From NCBI GenBank assembly GCA_012295275.1, contig CM022671.1:3658001-3722000 (forward strand): a stretch of DNA of 64,000 nucleotides. Direction: 5' to 3'. This stretch comes from Chrysomallon squamiferum (lineage: Eukaryota > Animalia > Mollusca). The translations under genes were made by a program, and so were the position numbers. The notes below the pieces were generated by a model. That model ran no database searches. It saw only the letters and a list, made by a program, of their open reading frames with translations, and was not told the origin of the DNA. Below are positions 35,065 through 47,321 of the stretch, one piece after another (the stretch's first letter is position 1; every line of letters starts with the position of its first letter).

Positions 35065-38000
35065 TGTTATTGCAGCAGTAAGTCAAGCTAACATTCTGTA
35101 CAGTTTTCATTGTTAAAATTCTTTCCAGGGTACAACCATTCCAGTGAACCATGCCAGACCAAACAAAAATTTGACGTACACAAAGAGAGAACCAATTGGG
35201 TAAAATCATGATTAGTTCTCAAATACGTCTCACAAATCGCTTTGTGTCATATTTTTCATTATAAATACACATTTTTAATCAATACAAGTATTGTCTGTTT
35301 GGAATAGAAAACAGACATTGTAACTTTGGAAATTATTTAAAACATTCATTACAATTAAAATCACAACATGTATAGACATCCACTTGTTTGTGTTTATGCT
35401 AATGATTATTTATATATATATTTATTTATAATATTATATATACTTGTATACTTATGAGCCACTTGACTTAAAGTAAATAATCTACTACAACAAAAGATCT
35501 AAATGTCAGTTTGTTATGTGAATGTGGCTTACCTCAGTTGATTCATACTAAAACAATTTGAGTATTTATTCAAACGTGCAGTTTTGTTCTTTTTCTCCAG
35601 TGTGTTGGGATATTTGTTAATGTGGCTAATTCATGCTAGAACTGTGACACTTTACTCTTTATACAAACATCTGCAGATATTTTGTTTCTTTTTTTCTCCC
35701 AGTGTTTGTGGAATTGTTGTGCCATGGAATTACCCTCTGATGATGTTGGCTTGGAAAATGGCTGCCTGTCTGGCTGCTGGTAACACTGTAGTTCTCAAAC
35801 CTGCACAGGTAACAAAGCCTTCTCTTCTGTTTGTGTAATAATCTCTACACAGGTAACACAGTCTTCTCTTCTGTTTGTGTAATAATCTCTACACAGGTAA
35901 CACAGCCTTCTCTTCTGTTTCTGTAATAATCTCTACACAGGTAACACAGCCTTCTCTTCTGTTTGTGTAATAATCTCTACACAGGTAATAAGTCTTCTCT
36001 TCTGTTTGTAACATACATCACAGCCTTCTCTTCTGTTTGTTTAATCTCTGTAATAATGCCTTCTCTTCTCTTTCTGTAATAATCTCTACACAGGTAACAC
36101 AGCCTTCTCTTCTGTTTCTGTAATAATCTCTACACAGGTAACATACATCAGCCTTCTCTTCTGTTTCTGTAATAATCTCTACACAGGTAACACAGCCTTC
36201 TCTTCTGTTTGTGTAATAATCTCTACACAGGTAACACAGCCTTCTCTTCTGTTTGTGTAATAATCTCTACACAGGTAACACAGCCTTCTCTTCTGTTTGT
36301 GTAATAATCTCTACACAGGTAACACAGCCTTCTCTTCTGTTTGTGTAATAATCTCTACACAGGTAACACAGCCTTCTCTTCTGTTTGTATAATAATCTCT
36401 ACACAGGTAACACACATCTTCTCTTCTGTTTGTGTAATAATCTCTACACAGGTAACACAGCCTTCTCTTCTGTTTGTGTAATAATCTCTACACAGGTAAC
36501 ACAGCCTTCTCTTCTGTTTGTGTAATAATCTCTACACAGGTAACACAGCCTTCTCTTCTGTTTGTATAATAATCTCTACACAGGTAACACAGCCTTCTCT
36601 TCTGTTTGTATAATAATCTCTACACAGGTAACACAGCCTTCTCTTCTGTTTGTGTAATAATCTCTACACAGGTAACACAGCCTTCTCTTCTGTTTGTGTA
36701 ATAATCTCTACACAGGTAACACAGCCTTCTCTTCTGTTTGTGTAATAATCTCTACACAGGTAACACAGTCTTCTCTTCTGTTTGTATAATAATCTCTACA
36801 CAGGTAACACAGCATTCTCTTCTGTTTGTGTAATATCTCTACACAGGTAACATACATCAGCCTTCTCTTCTGTTTGTGTAATAATCTCTACACAGGTAAC
36901 ACAGTCTTCTCTTCTGTTTGTATAATAATCTCTACACAGGTAACATACATCAGCCTTCTCTTCTGTTTGTGTAATAATCTCTACACAGGTAACACAGTCT
37001 TCTCTTCTGTTTCTGTAATAATCTCTACACAGGTAACACAGCCTTCTCTTCTGTTTGTGTAATAATCTCTACACAGGTAACACAGCCTTCTCTTCTGTTT
37101 CTGTAATATCTCTATACAGGTAACACAGCCTTCTCTTCTGTTTGTATAATATCTCTACACAGGTAACACAGCCTTCTCTTCTGTTTGTATAATAATCTCT
37201 ACACAGGTAACACAGCCTTCTCTTCTGTTTGTATAATATCTCTACACAGGTAACACAGCCTTCTCTTCTGTTTGTATAATAATCTCTACACAGGTAACAC
37301 AGCCTTCTCTTCTGTTTGTATAATATCTCTACACAGGTAACACAGCCTTCTCGTCTGTTTCTGTAATATCTCTATACAGGTAACACAGCATTCTCTTCTG
37401 TTTGTATAATATCTCTACACAGGTAACACAGCATTCTCTTCTGTTTGTGTAATAATCTCTACACAGGTAACACAGCCTTCTCTTCTGTTTCTGTAGTAAC
37501 CTCTACACAGGTAACACAGCATTCTCTTCTGTTTGTATAATAATCTACACAGGTAACATACATCAGCCTTCTCTTCTGTTTGTATAATAATCTCTACACA
37601 AGTAACATACATCAGCCTTCTCTTCTGTTTGTATAATAATCTCTACACAAGTAACATACATCAGCCTTCTCTTCTGTTTGTGTTTGTTTGTAATATCTCT
37701 ATACAGGTAACAAAGCCTTCTCTTCTGTTTGTGTAATAATCTCTACACAGGTAACATACATCAGGGGAGATAAGTGTTATTTACCAAGGAGACTTGATTT
37801 ATGTTTTTAATGTACTAACTTTTAAAATCGGCCAATAAAATCATTTTTGTGAGAGTGAGATAGTAAATTTCTTTTGACATGAACAAATACAATTATTATC
37901 CATTTTAGGTGCATTTTATTACATACATATGTCTTATATACATGTATATATATGTATGTATGTATGTATGTATAAGTATATATATATTTAATCACTTTAA

Positions 38001-39059
38001 TCACTTAAATTAAACAATTTTAAATTTTGAAACACACAGGTAACACCACTGACTGCTCTCAAGTTTGCTGAGTTGGTTGTGAGGGCAGGTTTCCCACCTG
38101 GAGTCATTAACATTCTACCTGGCTCAGGTGATTTTTTACATTCCTTAATTTGTTAATTTATATACAGATTTAAAAATAACTTTATCCCCTTCTCCATGCA
38201 AAATAAAAAAAAGATTCAGCTGTTATTATAAAAAATGAGGGTAAGGAATTGACCATTATCACAGTGCCCTTTAATATCTTGCACTATAAAATTTTAGTTT
38301 TAAAATGTAATGTGATCAGTGAAATATTATTCTATATATGTATTGTATTATTTATCATTATAAATGTTATTTTCAGGTGTACGTGTTGGACAGGCTCTGT
38401 CTGACCATCCAGACGTCCGAAAACTTGGTTTCACTGGATCCACTGCTGTTGGTAAAACAATCATGTCCAGGTGTGAAGAAATGTTTTAGTGTTTCTTCTT
38501 TTGTTTATTTATTTATTTATTTATTTATTTATATTAGATTTTTGTAGCTTCCAATAAGTGAGTCAATTAATTGGATCTATGTTATTTAAATTTTTATAAA
38601 AAAAACCTAACTTTAAGTTTCATACTTTTAAATACCATGAAACAAGTTTTTTTTTAAATGGTATCATAACAAGGATTGAAGTATGAATAATAATGGAAGC
38701 AGTAGTAAATTTTGTTAAATTTTCATTTCATTAAAAAAAAAAATATTGTTTACGTATATATAAAAATGTAGTAGATTTTAACACTCAAATAAAACACTTG
38801 TATGTATTAAAAAGGTGAAAAGTTTCTGTTTTAACATTTATTTTTAGTTGTGCTCGAGCCAATCTGAAGAAAGTGTCACTGGAACTTGGAGGAAAGTCAC
38901 CACTGATTATTTTCAGTGACTGTGACTTGGACAAAGCTGTCAGAATGGTGAGTCACTGTGACATGTGTCACTTGCTAAATCACTACACACTCACACACAC
39001 ACAAACACACACACACAGACACACACACACACAAACACACACACACAAACTCACAAACA

Positions 39060-39109
<50 letters not shown>

Positions 39110-39834
39110 CACATCTCCATAGAGTCTGTGTTTGAGAAACTTTAAAAATAAACATTATTGTTATTTTATTTCTTTCTTTATTTTTTTAATTTATATTAAG
39201 GGCAGTGTTTGAAAAATATTTCAAAATTTTATTTTATTTTTTATTTATTTAAAATTTTTGAATTATTTATTTATATATTTATTTATTTATTTGTATTAAG
39301 GGCTGTGGTGCAGTGTTTTTCAACAAGGGAGAGAACTGTATAGCAGCTGGGAGACTGTTTGTGGAAGAGTCGTTACACGACGAATACGTCAGAAGAGTGG
39401 TAGGTGTCATTTACATTCTGAAATTCATAGGTATGTACTGCCCTGCTACACTGAAAACTGAATTTAATTATAACTATAGCAAGCATGTGAATATATATGG
39501 ATATGTATTATTTTAATATGTATGTATATTTGTGTATAGCTGAATGTGTGGGTATATAAATAAATGCAAAGGTTTTTTTTTAATGTATTTGTTTCCTTCT
39601 TGTACAGATAGAAGAGGTGAAGAAGATGAAGATTGGTGACCCTCTGGACAGGTCAACTGACCATGGTCCCCAGAATCATCGTGCTCATCTGAAGAAACTG
39701 CTAGACTACTGTAAGAAAGGGGTGGAGGAGGGAGCCACTCTGGTGTATGGGGGGAAACAGGTAGATCGACCAGGTGAGTAAATAATATATATATCTGTGT
39801 GTGTGTGTGTGTATAAATATACATATATATATAT

Positions 39835-39918
<84 letters not shown>

Positions 39919-40272
39919 CATATACATACATCTATGTGTATATCTTCAACTATACAAAGTAACAAACACTAGAAAACTTACATTTTGTGTATATCAGTTT
40001 TTTTCTTGTATGTTGCATATTTTATACTTTTTTTGACAAATAATATTCCTTTTTTTTTTTAATAGGGTATAGCAAAGTTTAAGACTGTGTTGAAAAGAAA
40101 AAGTTAATAAAAATAATTTGAAAATTCTTGTGATTTTTTTTCAGGACTGTTTATGGAACCAACAATTTTCACAGATGTCCAGGACAACATGTTCATTGCC
40201 AAAGAAGAATCATTTGGTCCAGTGATGATTATCTCTAAATTTATTGACGGGTAAACTACTTTCACTTTTGTT

Positions 40273-40305
<33 letters not shown>

Positions 40306-40459
40306 GTATAAGTAATAGTAATAGTAATAGTAATAGTAATAGTAATAGTAATAGTAATGATAATAATAATAATAATAATAATAAAATAATAATAATAATG
40401 ATAATGATAGTAGTATTAATGATAATAATAATAATTTTAAAAATAATAATAATAGTAAT

Positions 40460-40508
<49 letters not shown>

Positions 40509-41543
40509 TAATGAAGATGATAATAACAATGTCAAAATTGTTGTCATTATAACTTTCAACATAAGGCTGCACTTTAGAATTGATTATTTTAGAAGTTACA
40601 GAACTGCATAAGGAACTTTTTAGAATTCATAACTGAAAAAACACCTAAATAAGTAGCAATTACAAACTGACGAGTGTGCAAACTAATATTTAACTAACTC
40701 TCCAGTGACATTGATGGAGTGATCCGGAGAGCTAACGACACGGAGTTTGGGCTGGCGTCGGGCGTGTTCACCACAGACCTGAACAAAGCGATGCACGTTG
40801 CTGACAGCATACAGGCTGGGACGGTGTTTGTCAACACCTACAACAAGACTGACGTCGCTGCGCCGTTTGGAGGGTTTAAACAGTCTGGGTTTGGAAAAGA
40901 TTTAGGTAGTTTACAGTTTGGTGAATTTTTGTTTCTTGGATTTTATGTAAAAAAATATTCGGTTTCTTTTTTAAAGTTTAAATATTGATCTGTTGGATTT
41001 TTTAATTATTTAATTTTTTTTTTAAATTTCATATGGACATCAAAATGAATTTTACAAAAAACATATTTTAATAATTAATGAAATAGAATACATTTTTTTT
41101 TATTATAAAAAAATCAGAAAAGGAGATTAAATAATAATAATAATAATAATAATAATATTAATATTAATAATAAGAAGAAGAAGAAGAAAAAAGAAGAATA
41201 CTGTTTGTAATTACATGTGTTTTTAAGGAAAAATGTTATATTAATTCTATAAATCAAATCAGACATATTTTTATTTTTATTTTACACTATTAATGATCAC
41301 AGTTCTTTTGCACATTGATATTATAAGATAATTAATAAAATTATAAAATTAACTAGCTTTTATTTTTTTTGTTAAGATTTATTAATAATTCATATTCTGG
41401 TTATTTCTTTTGTACAATATTAATGCTACAATATTAATATTCATGAGGTAATTAATATAATTATGTATGCTAACCAATCAGGCGAAGAGGCTTTACACGA
41501 GTACTTGAAGACAAAGGCTGTGACTGTGGAGTTTTCTGTGTAG
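24786..41543 (+). CDS. ALDH1L1: 10-formyltetrahydrofolate dehydrogenase (ALDH1L1/ALDH1L2 co-ortholog, cytosolic-type N-terminus; 23 coding exons; one apparent 1-nt frameshift near 28696-28699)
   Basis: Exons: 24786-24912, 27263-27497, 27908-28073, 28612-28712, 29079-29168, 30391-30525, 31028-31156, 31265-31350, 31705-31849, 32972-33091, 33489-33551, 33963-34027, 34584-34734, 35129-35199, 35703-35808, 38040-38127, 38377-38470, 38848-38947, 39301-39399, 39608-39773, 40145-40250, 40706-40905, 41482-41543(TAG). Formyltransferase domain ([36 protein letters not shown]), carrier domain ([15 protein letters not shown]), ALDH domain ([35 protein letters not shown]). Confidence 0.95.
26940..27200 (+). 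repeat. ~115-bp tandem duplication plus partial third copy in ALDH1L1 intron
   Basis: TTGTTTGTCCATCAATC...CCATCATTCCATCCATTTTATGTGAAC.TCAAAAATTATCAAGATCTTAAAAATCAAAAAAAAATAATTCATTA repeated. Confidence 0.85.
30312..30399 (+). repeat. 21-bp x4 tandem repeat of an ALDH1L1 splice acceptor
   Basis: TTATTTGTTACAG|AAATTAAC; AG ends at 30327, 30348, 30369, 30390. Confidence 0.95.
31355..31475 (+). repeat. 21-bp tandem repeat immediately after an ALDH1L1 donor
   Basis: GGATCAAACTGATGAATGTGA, about 5 copies with degenerate ends. Confidence 0.85.
32450..32987 (+). repeat. 102-bp x5 tandem repeat spanning an ALDH1L1 splice acceptor
   Basis: CAG|ATAAC junction ends at 32563, 32665, 32767, 32869, 32971 (exact 102-bp spacing); a more degenerate copy lies near 32480. 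Confidence 0.92.
35803..37762 (+). repeat. ~42-bp minisatellite, ~45 copies, starting at an ALDH1L1 splice donor
   Basis: Unit GTAACACAGCCTTCTCTTCTGTTTGTGTAATAATCTCTACACAG, with shorter variants and GTAACATACATCAG variants. Confidence 0.97.
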
Positions 41544-41670
41544 AACTTTACACTTTGGTAAGTTGTACCAGTTTGTATAATAGCAGTTATACCTGTAACA
41601 TTAAAAAAGAATTTTACACTTTGGTAAGTTGTACCAGTTTTTATAAAAGCACTTGTAACATTAATAAAGT
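41542..41670 (+). repeat. ~67-bp tandem duplication starting at the ALDH1L1 stop codon
   Basis: AGAA(C/T)TTTACACTTTGGTAAGTTGTACCAGTTT.TATAA.AGCA...TGTAACATTAA.AAA x2. Confidence 0.85.
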
Positions 41671-44600
41671 ATTTTACAAATCAAAATTTAAAACTAAAAT
41701 TAAGTTATATTTTTTTAGATTAAATTCATTTTTTAAAATAATAATGACTTTTTCACTCTCTGTCTCATTCTATGTGCATATTTTCAATTATTGATTACAT
41801 TTTTCTGAAAAGAAACGTTTGTATGTTTATTAAACACTTTTAATGCATCTTTAAAATATTTATTCATTTTAATTAAACATTTTTAAAAACATTTTTTATT
41901 ATTGTTTTTTTTTTATAATTTCAGAAAATGTGTGGCATTGTTCTCTGAAAAGAACCAAGAAAGAAATGGTCATTATTTTAATTATTTTAATTATTTTACT
42001 TCTTATTTTGCTTCTTGAATTTTACATGACTTGACTGCATCAAAAGTTCTAAAATAAATAAACTAAAATTTATTATTAATTACAATTTTTATGCATATTA
42101 ACAGACAAATGCTTTACAAATCTTTATATATGTCAGTTTTGTTCTGTATAGTTGTACTGATATAAAAAAATATTCAAATTATGTTTATGATCTGTTAGTT
42201 GTTAGAAATATAATATTGTGAGATACTGGCTTTTTATTTAACATTTTAACATTTCAAAAAACATAAATAAAAATAAAATCAAATATGATTTACTTTAATA
42301 ATACATTTATTTCACTTACACACACACACACACACACACACAAAAACACACAATAATATGTGTTTGTAAACTTTGGTTGTTAGACAAATATATGTTTTTT
42401 ATTTTGTTTTTATTACTTATTACAGTACTTACTGAAAATTTTAATTTACAAATATTTTTAACACTGCAAAGTAAAATGCTTTTTCTGTATAGTTTAAAAC
42501 TATTTCCATCTTGTGTATTGGCATTAACACAAACACATATATACACACAAATGTATATATCATTCATACATGCATTCATACATATATATATACAAACATA
42601 CATACATACATAGATATACAAACAATGTTGTTTTAATTATCGGTAATGAACCAGCATTATTTTATTACTGAGCTCTGTACAAGTTTGAACATAGTTTTAT
42701 TTTACTGTAGTGAAAATAATAGTGTTACAATTTTAAAAACAAAATATTTAATTTTACCCTGCATTATTATACATTATTAAATATGATTGTAACATATCTT
42801 GAATTTTCCCCTATTTGTTATACCCAATATATTCATTAATATTACTAGTTTCTTAACAACAATAATACCTCTTTTTTAGTTTAAAATATTTATATGGTTT
42901 ATTAATAACAAATTTATTAACAAAATACCTCGAATGGGGTGTTTCATTGCTTCAGTAACAGTCTGTTTGTAAACAGGTATTTTATAGGATATACATGTTC
43001 TTAATCTGCAGTTTATTATTATCAGATTATTATTTTTATTTTTATTTTCCTGTTTTTAGGCACAGTTTGTTTAGTTTTAAATAAATAAAAAAAATAGTGA
43101 TATTTTAAATTAATAATTTAATGACATATCATGGTAAACAATCCAGTACAGATTAACAAATTATGAATTTATCAAAATGGCTCTCTCTTTTTTTTACAAT
43201 TAGGATTTTTATTGCTATGCATAAATTTAAGGTGTTTATTTTCTTGGTCTTTCAGTATTTTTGTTTTAGAACAGTTTTAAAAAGACTACTCCCCCTCCCC
43301 ATGAATCTACACCCGGTGAATTTCTTGTTATAAATGATAATTATATACCATAGTTTGTTTTTAATTTATGTGTATCTGTGTCATAGTAATTTTCTATAAT
43401 AAACAAATACTTATTTTCTAACAAAATATAATGTACTTACTTGCTCTACAAAATATAGTGTACTTATTTTCTCTACTGTTTATAAAATACTTATTTTATG
43501 TCTATAATAAAATTAATTATTTTCTGAATAGTATATAATATACCTGTTTTGTACACAAAATGTAACCTTCCAAGTTTCCAAGCCATCTTTAAGTATACAC
43601 GTACTTACTCGGTGAACAGTATCTAAATTACTTATTTTCTATGCAAAATGTGACAGTTTAACTGTTTACATATATCCCCTAACATCTTTTAAAGTGTTAC
43701 AGTATTCTATTTTACTGTATGACGTAAATATTAATTATGTGTACAATGCATGACAAAAGTATTAATGTAAGACATTTAATGTATGTACTAATTTTGTGTA
43801 CAATGTTATTGTTTACTTATACATTCTGTATTCTTTTTCCAGCAAGTATTTGAAATAAATCGGTGTGTGTCTATGGAATTGTTTTTATTAATACATATTT
43901 TCACACACACACACGCACACGCACACACACAATAAAAAGAAACACTTAAGCAAACGTACTAACTTACATAAGTATAGATACACATACGTACATATATACA
44001 AATACACGTATATACAAATAAAATATATAAAGCATAAATGTTCTCGTGAGTACATATGCCCCTATATACATTTAGACATTTTCACGCATATACCTGCATA
44101 CATATACAAACAGGTACCATAGTTTGTTTTTGATCTATCTCTATCTGTGACCTGTACATAGACATTTATAGAAACACAGGCAGAAAAAAAAGAAAAAAGA
44201 AACCCGAAAAAAACCACCAGAAAATCTTACACGCACGCACTAAATCGTACACACACATATACGTACGTGTGTACGTACTTGTTGTACATCTACGATACAA
44301 GGGAAAACATACATACAAATGCAGAAAGAAACAAGCGAACATATATATAAACAAGTACCTAGATAAACAAAAATGTATACAACATGTATGCACATACGTA
44401 CTCATAGGTACCTATACTTAGATATACACTCATACAAAAACATACATATATACATACACACTTACAAACATATATAAAAACGCGTAAACAACCCCACCAA
44501 AAAAAAAAAAAAAAAAAAAATGAAATAACTCACAGACACACATATATATACAGATACATACAGATGCTAACGTACAAACTAACAAAAACAGAAAACAGGT

Positions 44601-45232
44601 ACACGACAAATGAACACAGGAACACATAATATATATTTACACAACACACATGTAGAAAGAAACAAACTCATTTAGACACTCTCGTTGCTATTTCAAATAG
44701 ACACATTTGACTGAGGCGTTTCAAACCGGCTTTACAAGAGTGTTTTTTTTTGTTGTTGTTTTTTTTTTTTTTTTTCCCGGTTTAATCATTATAATGATGA
44801 TATTTATATTAATTATTTTAATACATTTTAATCTGTTCACAGTTTTCTTTGTGTTGCAACATTTGAGTTTATTTTATTGTATGAATTTCCAATATTAAAA
44901 ACACAGATAAAAAGAAAATGTAAGAAAGAGCTGAACGAGAAGAGAAACCTTGTTTCAGAAACCATCGTGAATGAAAAATGTTAACTCTGGTTCCTCTGCA
45001 CAGAATAAATCTTTCGCCTTTTACTAAAGATTTCCGTGTAGAAAGAAAATTCAATGAGTCAACAGACTTACTTTTTGATATCTTACATTTAGTAGGGGTA
45101 GATTTCTAAAATATTAAAAATAGTTTAAAATTTAAATTTCGATTTCGCACAATGTATGGATTGTTAAGTGTTTGCAGCAAATCTCTCTTGTTCACCTTTG
45201 ACTAAAGAAAGCGTAAATTTCTCTTTATGTTT

Positions 45233-45274
<42 letters not shown>

Positions 45275-47281
45275 CTGACTGGATGAAGTAAGAATGATAC
45301 AGACTGCCTTGTGTTTTTTCTTAAATCAGTTCAGTGTAAATTCTCACTTAACCTCCCCTGTTTTGAAATCGTAGATCTCCTTACGAAATAAAGATAAATG
45401 GTTGTAATAATGAAATAAATGAAAGGAATTCCACCGCTTGGCCTATTTAGACGCAGATGTTGCCTCAGTGTGTTTGGCCGCAGTGACAGCGAATCTGACT
45501 GTTAAAATTAAGGAACATACAGAAAATGAGAGAAAAAAAAAAAAAAAAAAAAAATGCATTATTCTTTTTCAGCGAGTAGCAAGAAATCTGTTATATGCAC
45601 CTTCTCATTACGTTCATTGAAAAATCTGATACACTGACTTTAATGGGATTTAATCCACTAGGCGGCGCGCTAATGTGGAATGATCTGACAACCCAGCGGT
45701 TCTCAGTCATGTAGTATAAACATGTAGCTACAGCGCTTTATACTACACCGACAGATCACTCACTTTCTTTCCCAGACGACAGGTGACAGATTAAAAACAA
45801 AAGACTGTCACATTAGCGATGTGAATCTGGTCACGGATGTACAGAACAACGGATGTAAAAGTGTTTGTATCTGGCTTTGCCTGATCGTGTAGAACCAGAG
45901 GTAATGAATTAAACTTGTTTATTAAGAAAACAAAATGTCTGTATCCTTTCACTGTGTGTGTGTGTGTGACTGTTACTTGTGTGTGAGTGCATATGTGAAT
46001 ATGTGTATGTGTGTTTGTGTGCGTGCGTGTGCGTTTGCATGTGTATCTATACCTTTCTGCATGTTTGTGTGCAGGTTTATTGAGAAAGAGAGAGAAAAAA
46101 GAAAGATACAAACACGATTATTTTAATATATATAACTAAGTAATAAAAAAAAAAAAAAAAATCATCTAAAGTAAAACGTGACTAAATCAATATATTTTTG
46201 GAATCTAATTTTCTGCAACAATTTTTTTTTTTTTTTTTTCTGACAGTCAAACATTGTGGCACTAATCAAAGATTTCTATTTCGTTTTCCTGAATATTACC
46301 AATTTTATAATCATTTCACGTTTTACAGCAGACGTCAGTATTGGCACGAGCTTCCTTCGAGTGAACGAACGCATCAAATGACATGCGTACTTAGAACAAG
46401 TGGAACTCTGGGCCCAGTAGAGCTGATCTCGATTTCACTGGTCAGTTATCATTCAGTTTGTCTCTGTTAACCCTCTTCCGTGCTTGGTTAGCTATTTTAC
46501 GTCACGTTCAAATGAATTAACATACGAACGTTTGATCCATTTTTGTCTGAGAGTACATTCAGCGCAGATCCACGGGGTGATTAAGCGAGGGGGACACAGC
46601 AATCACCCCACTTCTCAATCACAGACTCCAAACGTGTAGTCAGCATCATTAAACAAATCACACCTTCCTTCTTTTATTATTATTACTAATTTTTTAATTT
46701 ATTTTTTAAATTATTTTTTCACCCGGCAAAATTTAAATAACTAACTAAATAAATAAATAGAAAACAAGGAAGATGTGTTTTATTTAATTACAGAAACAAC
46801 ACATTTGTAATATATAAGCATACGGCTGTATGGCATGCAATAGAATACTTTTTCTCGATTAACAGCCAGTGAATGGTTTATACACGAAATGAGAATATAT
46901 CACCAGCCTGGACATGCGGCATTGAGTTGGAGAGGAAAACAAGCAGCAGAAGAAAAGAACGTAGGCCGGCGAACCAGTGATACATAAAAATATTAAAACA
47001 CATTTGTTTTCTTTAATATTCTTTTTTCTAGGCTTAACACAGACACCATGAACATTAAACACAATACTGTAAAGACAGGATGTATGTTACAGAATATTTG
47101 AAAACATTAACATTATGTCAGTTTACTGAAGTATAATATTTACAGTTCTGTTATTTTGTTGGTTGTTTTAACTGAAAAGACATTTTCATTTCAGATTTAT
47201 ATAACAATTATTTTAAACATTGACATTGTGATAGATATAACTGGCCGGTTTTGAATGATACGAATATTAACCATTTTCTTC

Positions 47282-47321
<40 letters not shown>

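Noticed and set aside
35803-37762. CRISPR-like regular array
   Set aside because: Units are contiguous near-identical copies with no unique spacers, there are no cas genes, and it lies in a eukaryotic intron.
39513-39965. 150-aa antisense ORF
   Set aside because: It is the antisense of an ALDH1L1 exon joined to a GA microsatellite.
24786-41543. ALDH1L1 as a pseudogene
   Set aside because: Only one lesion, in an A-run; all catalytic motifs and splice sites are intact.
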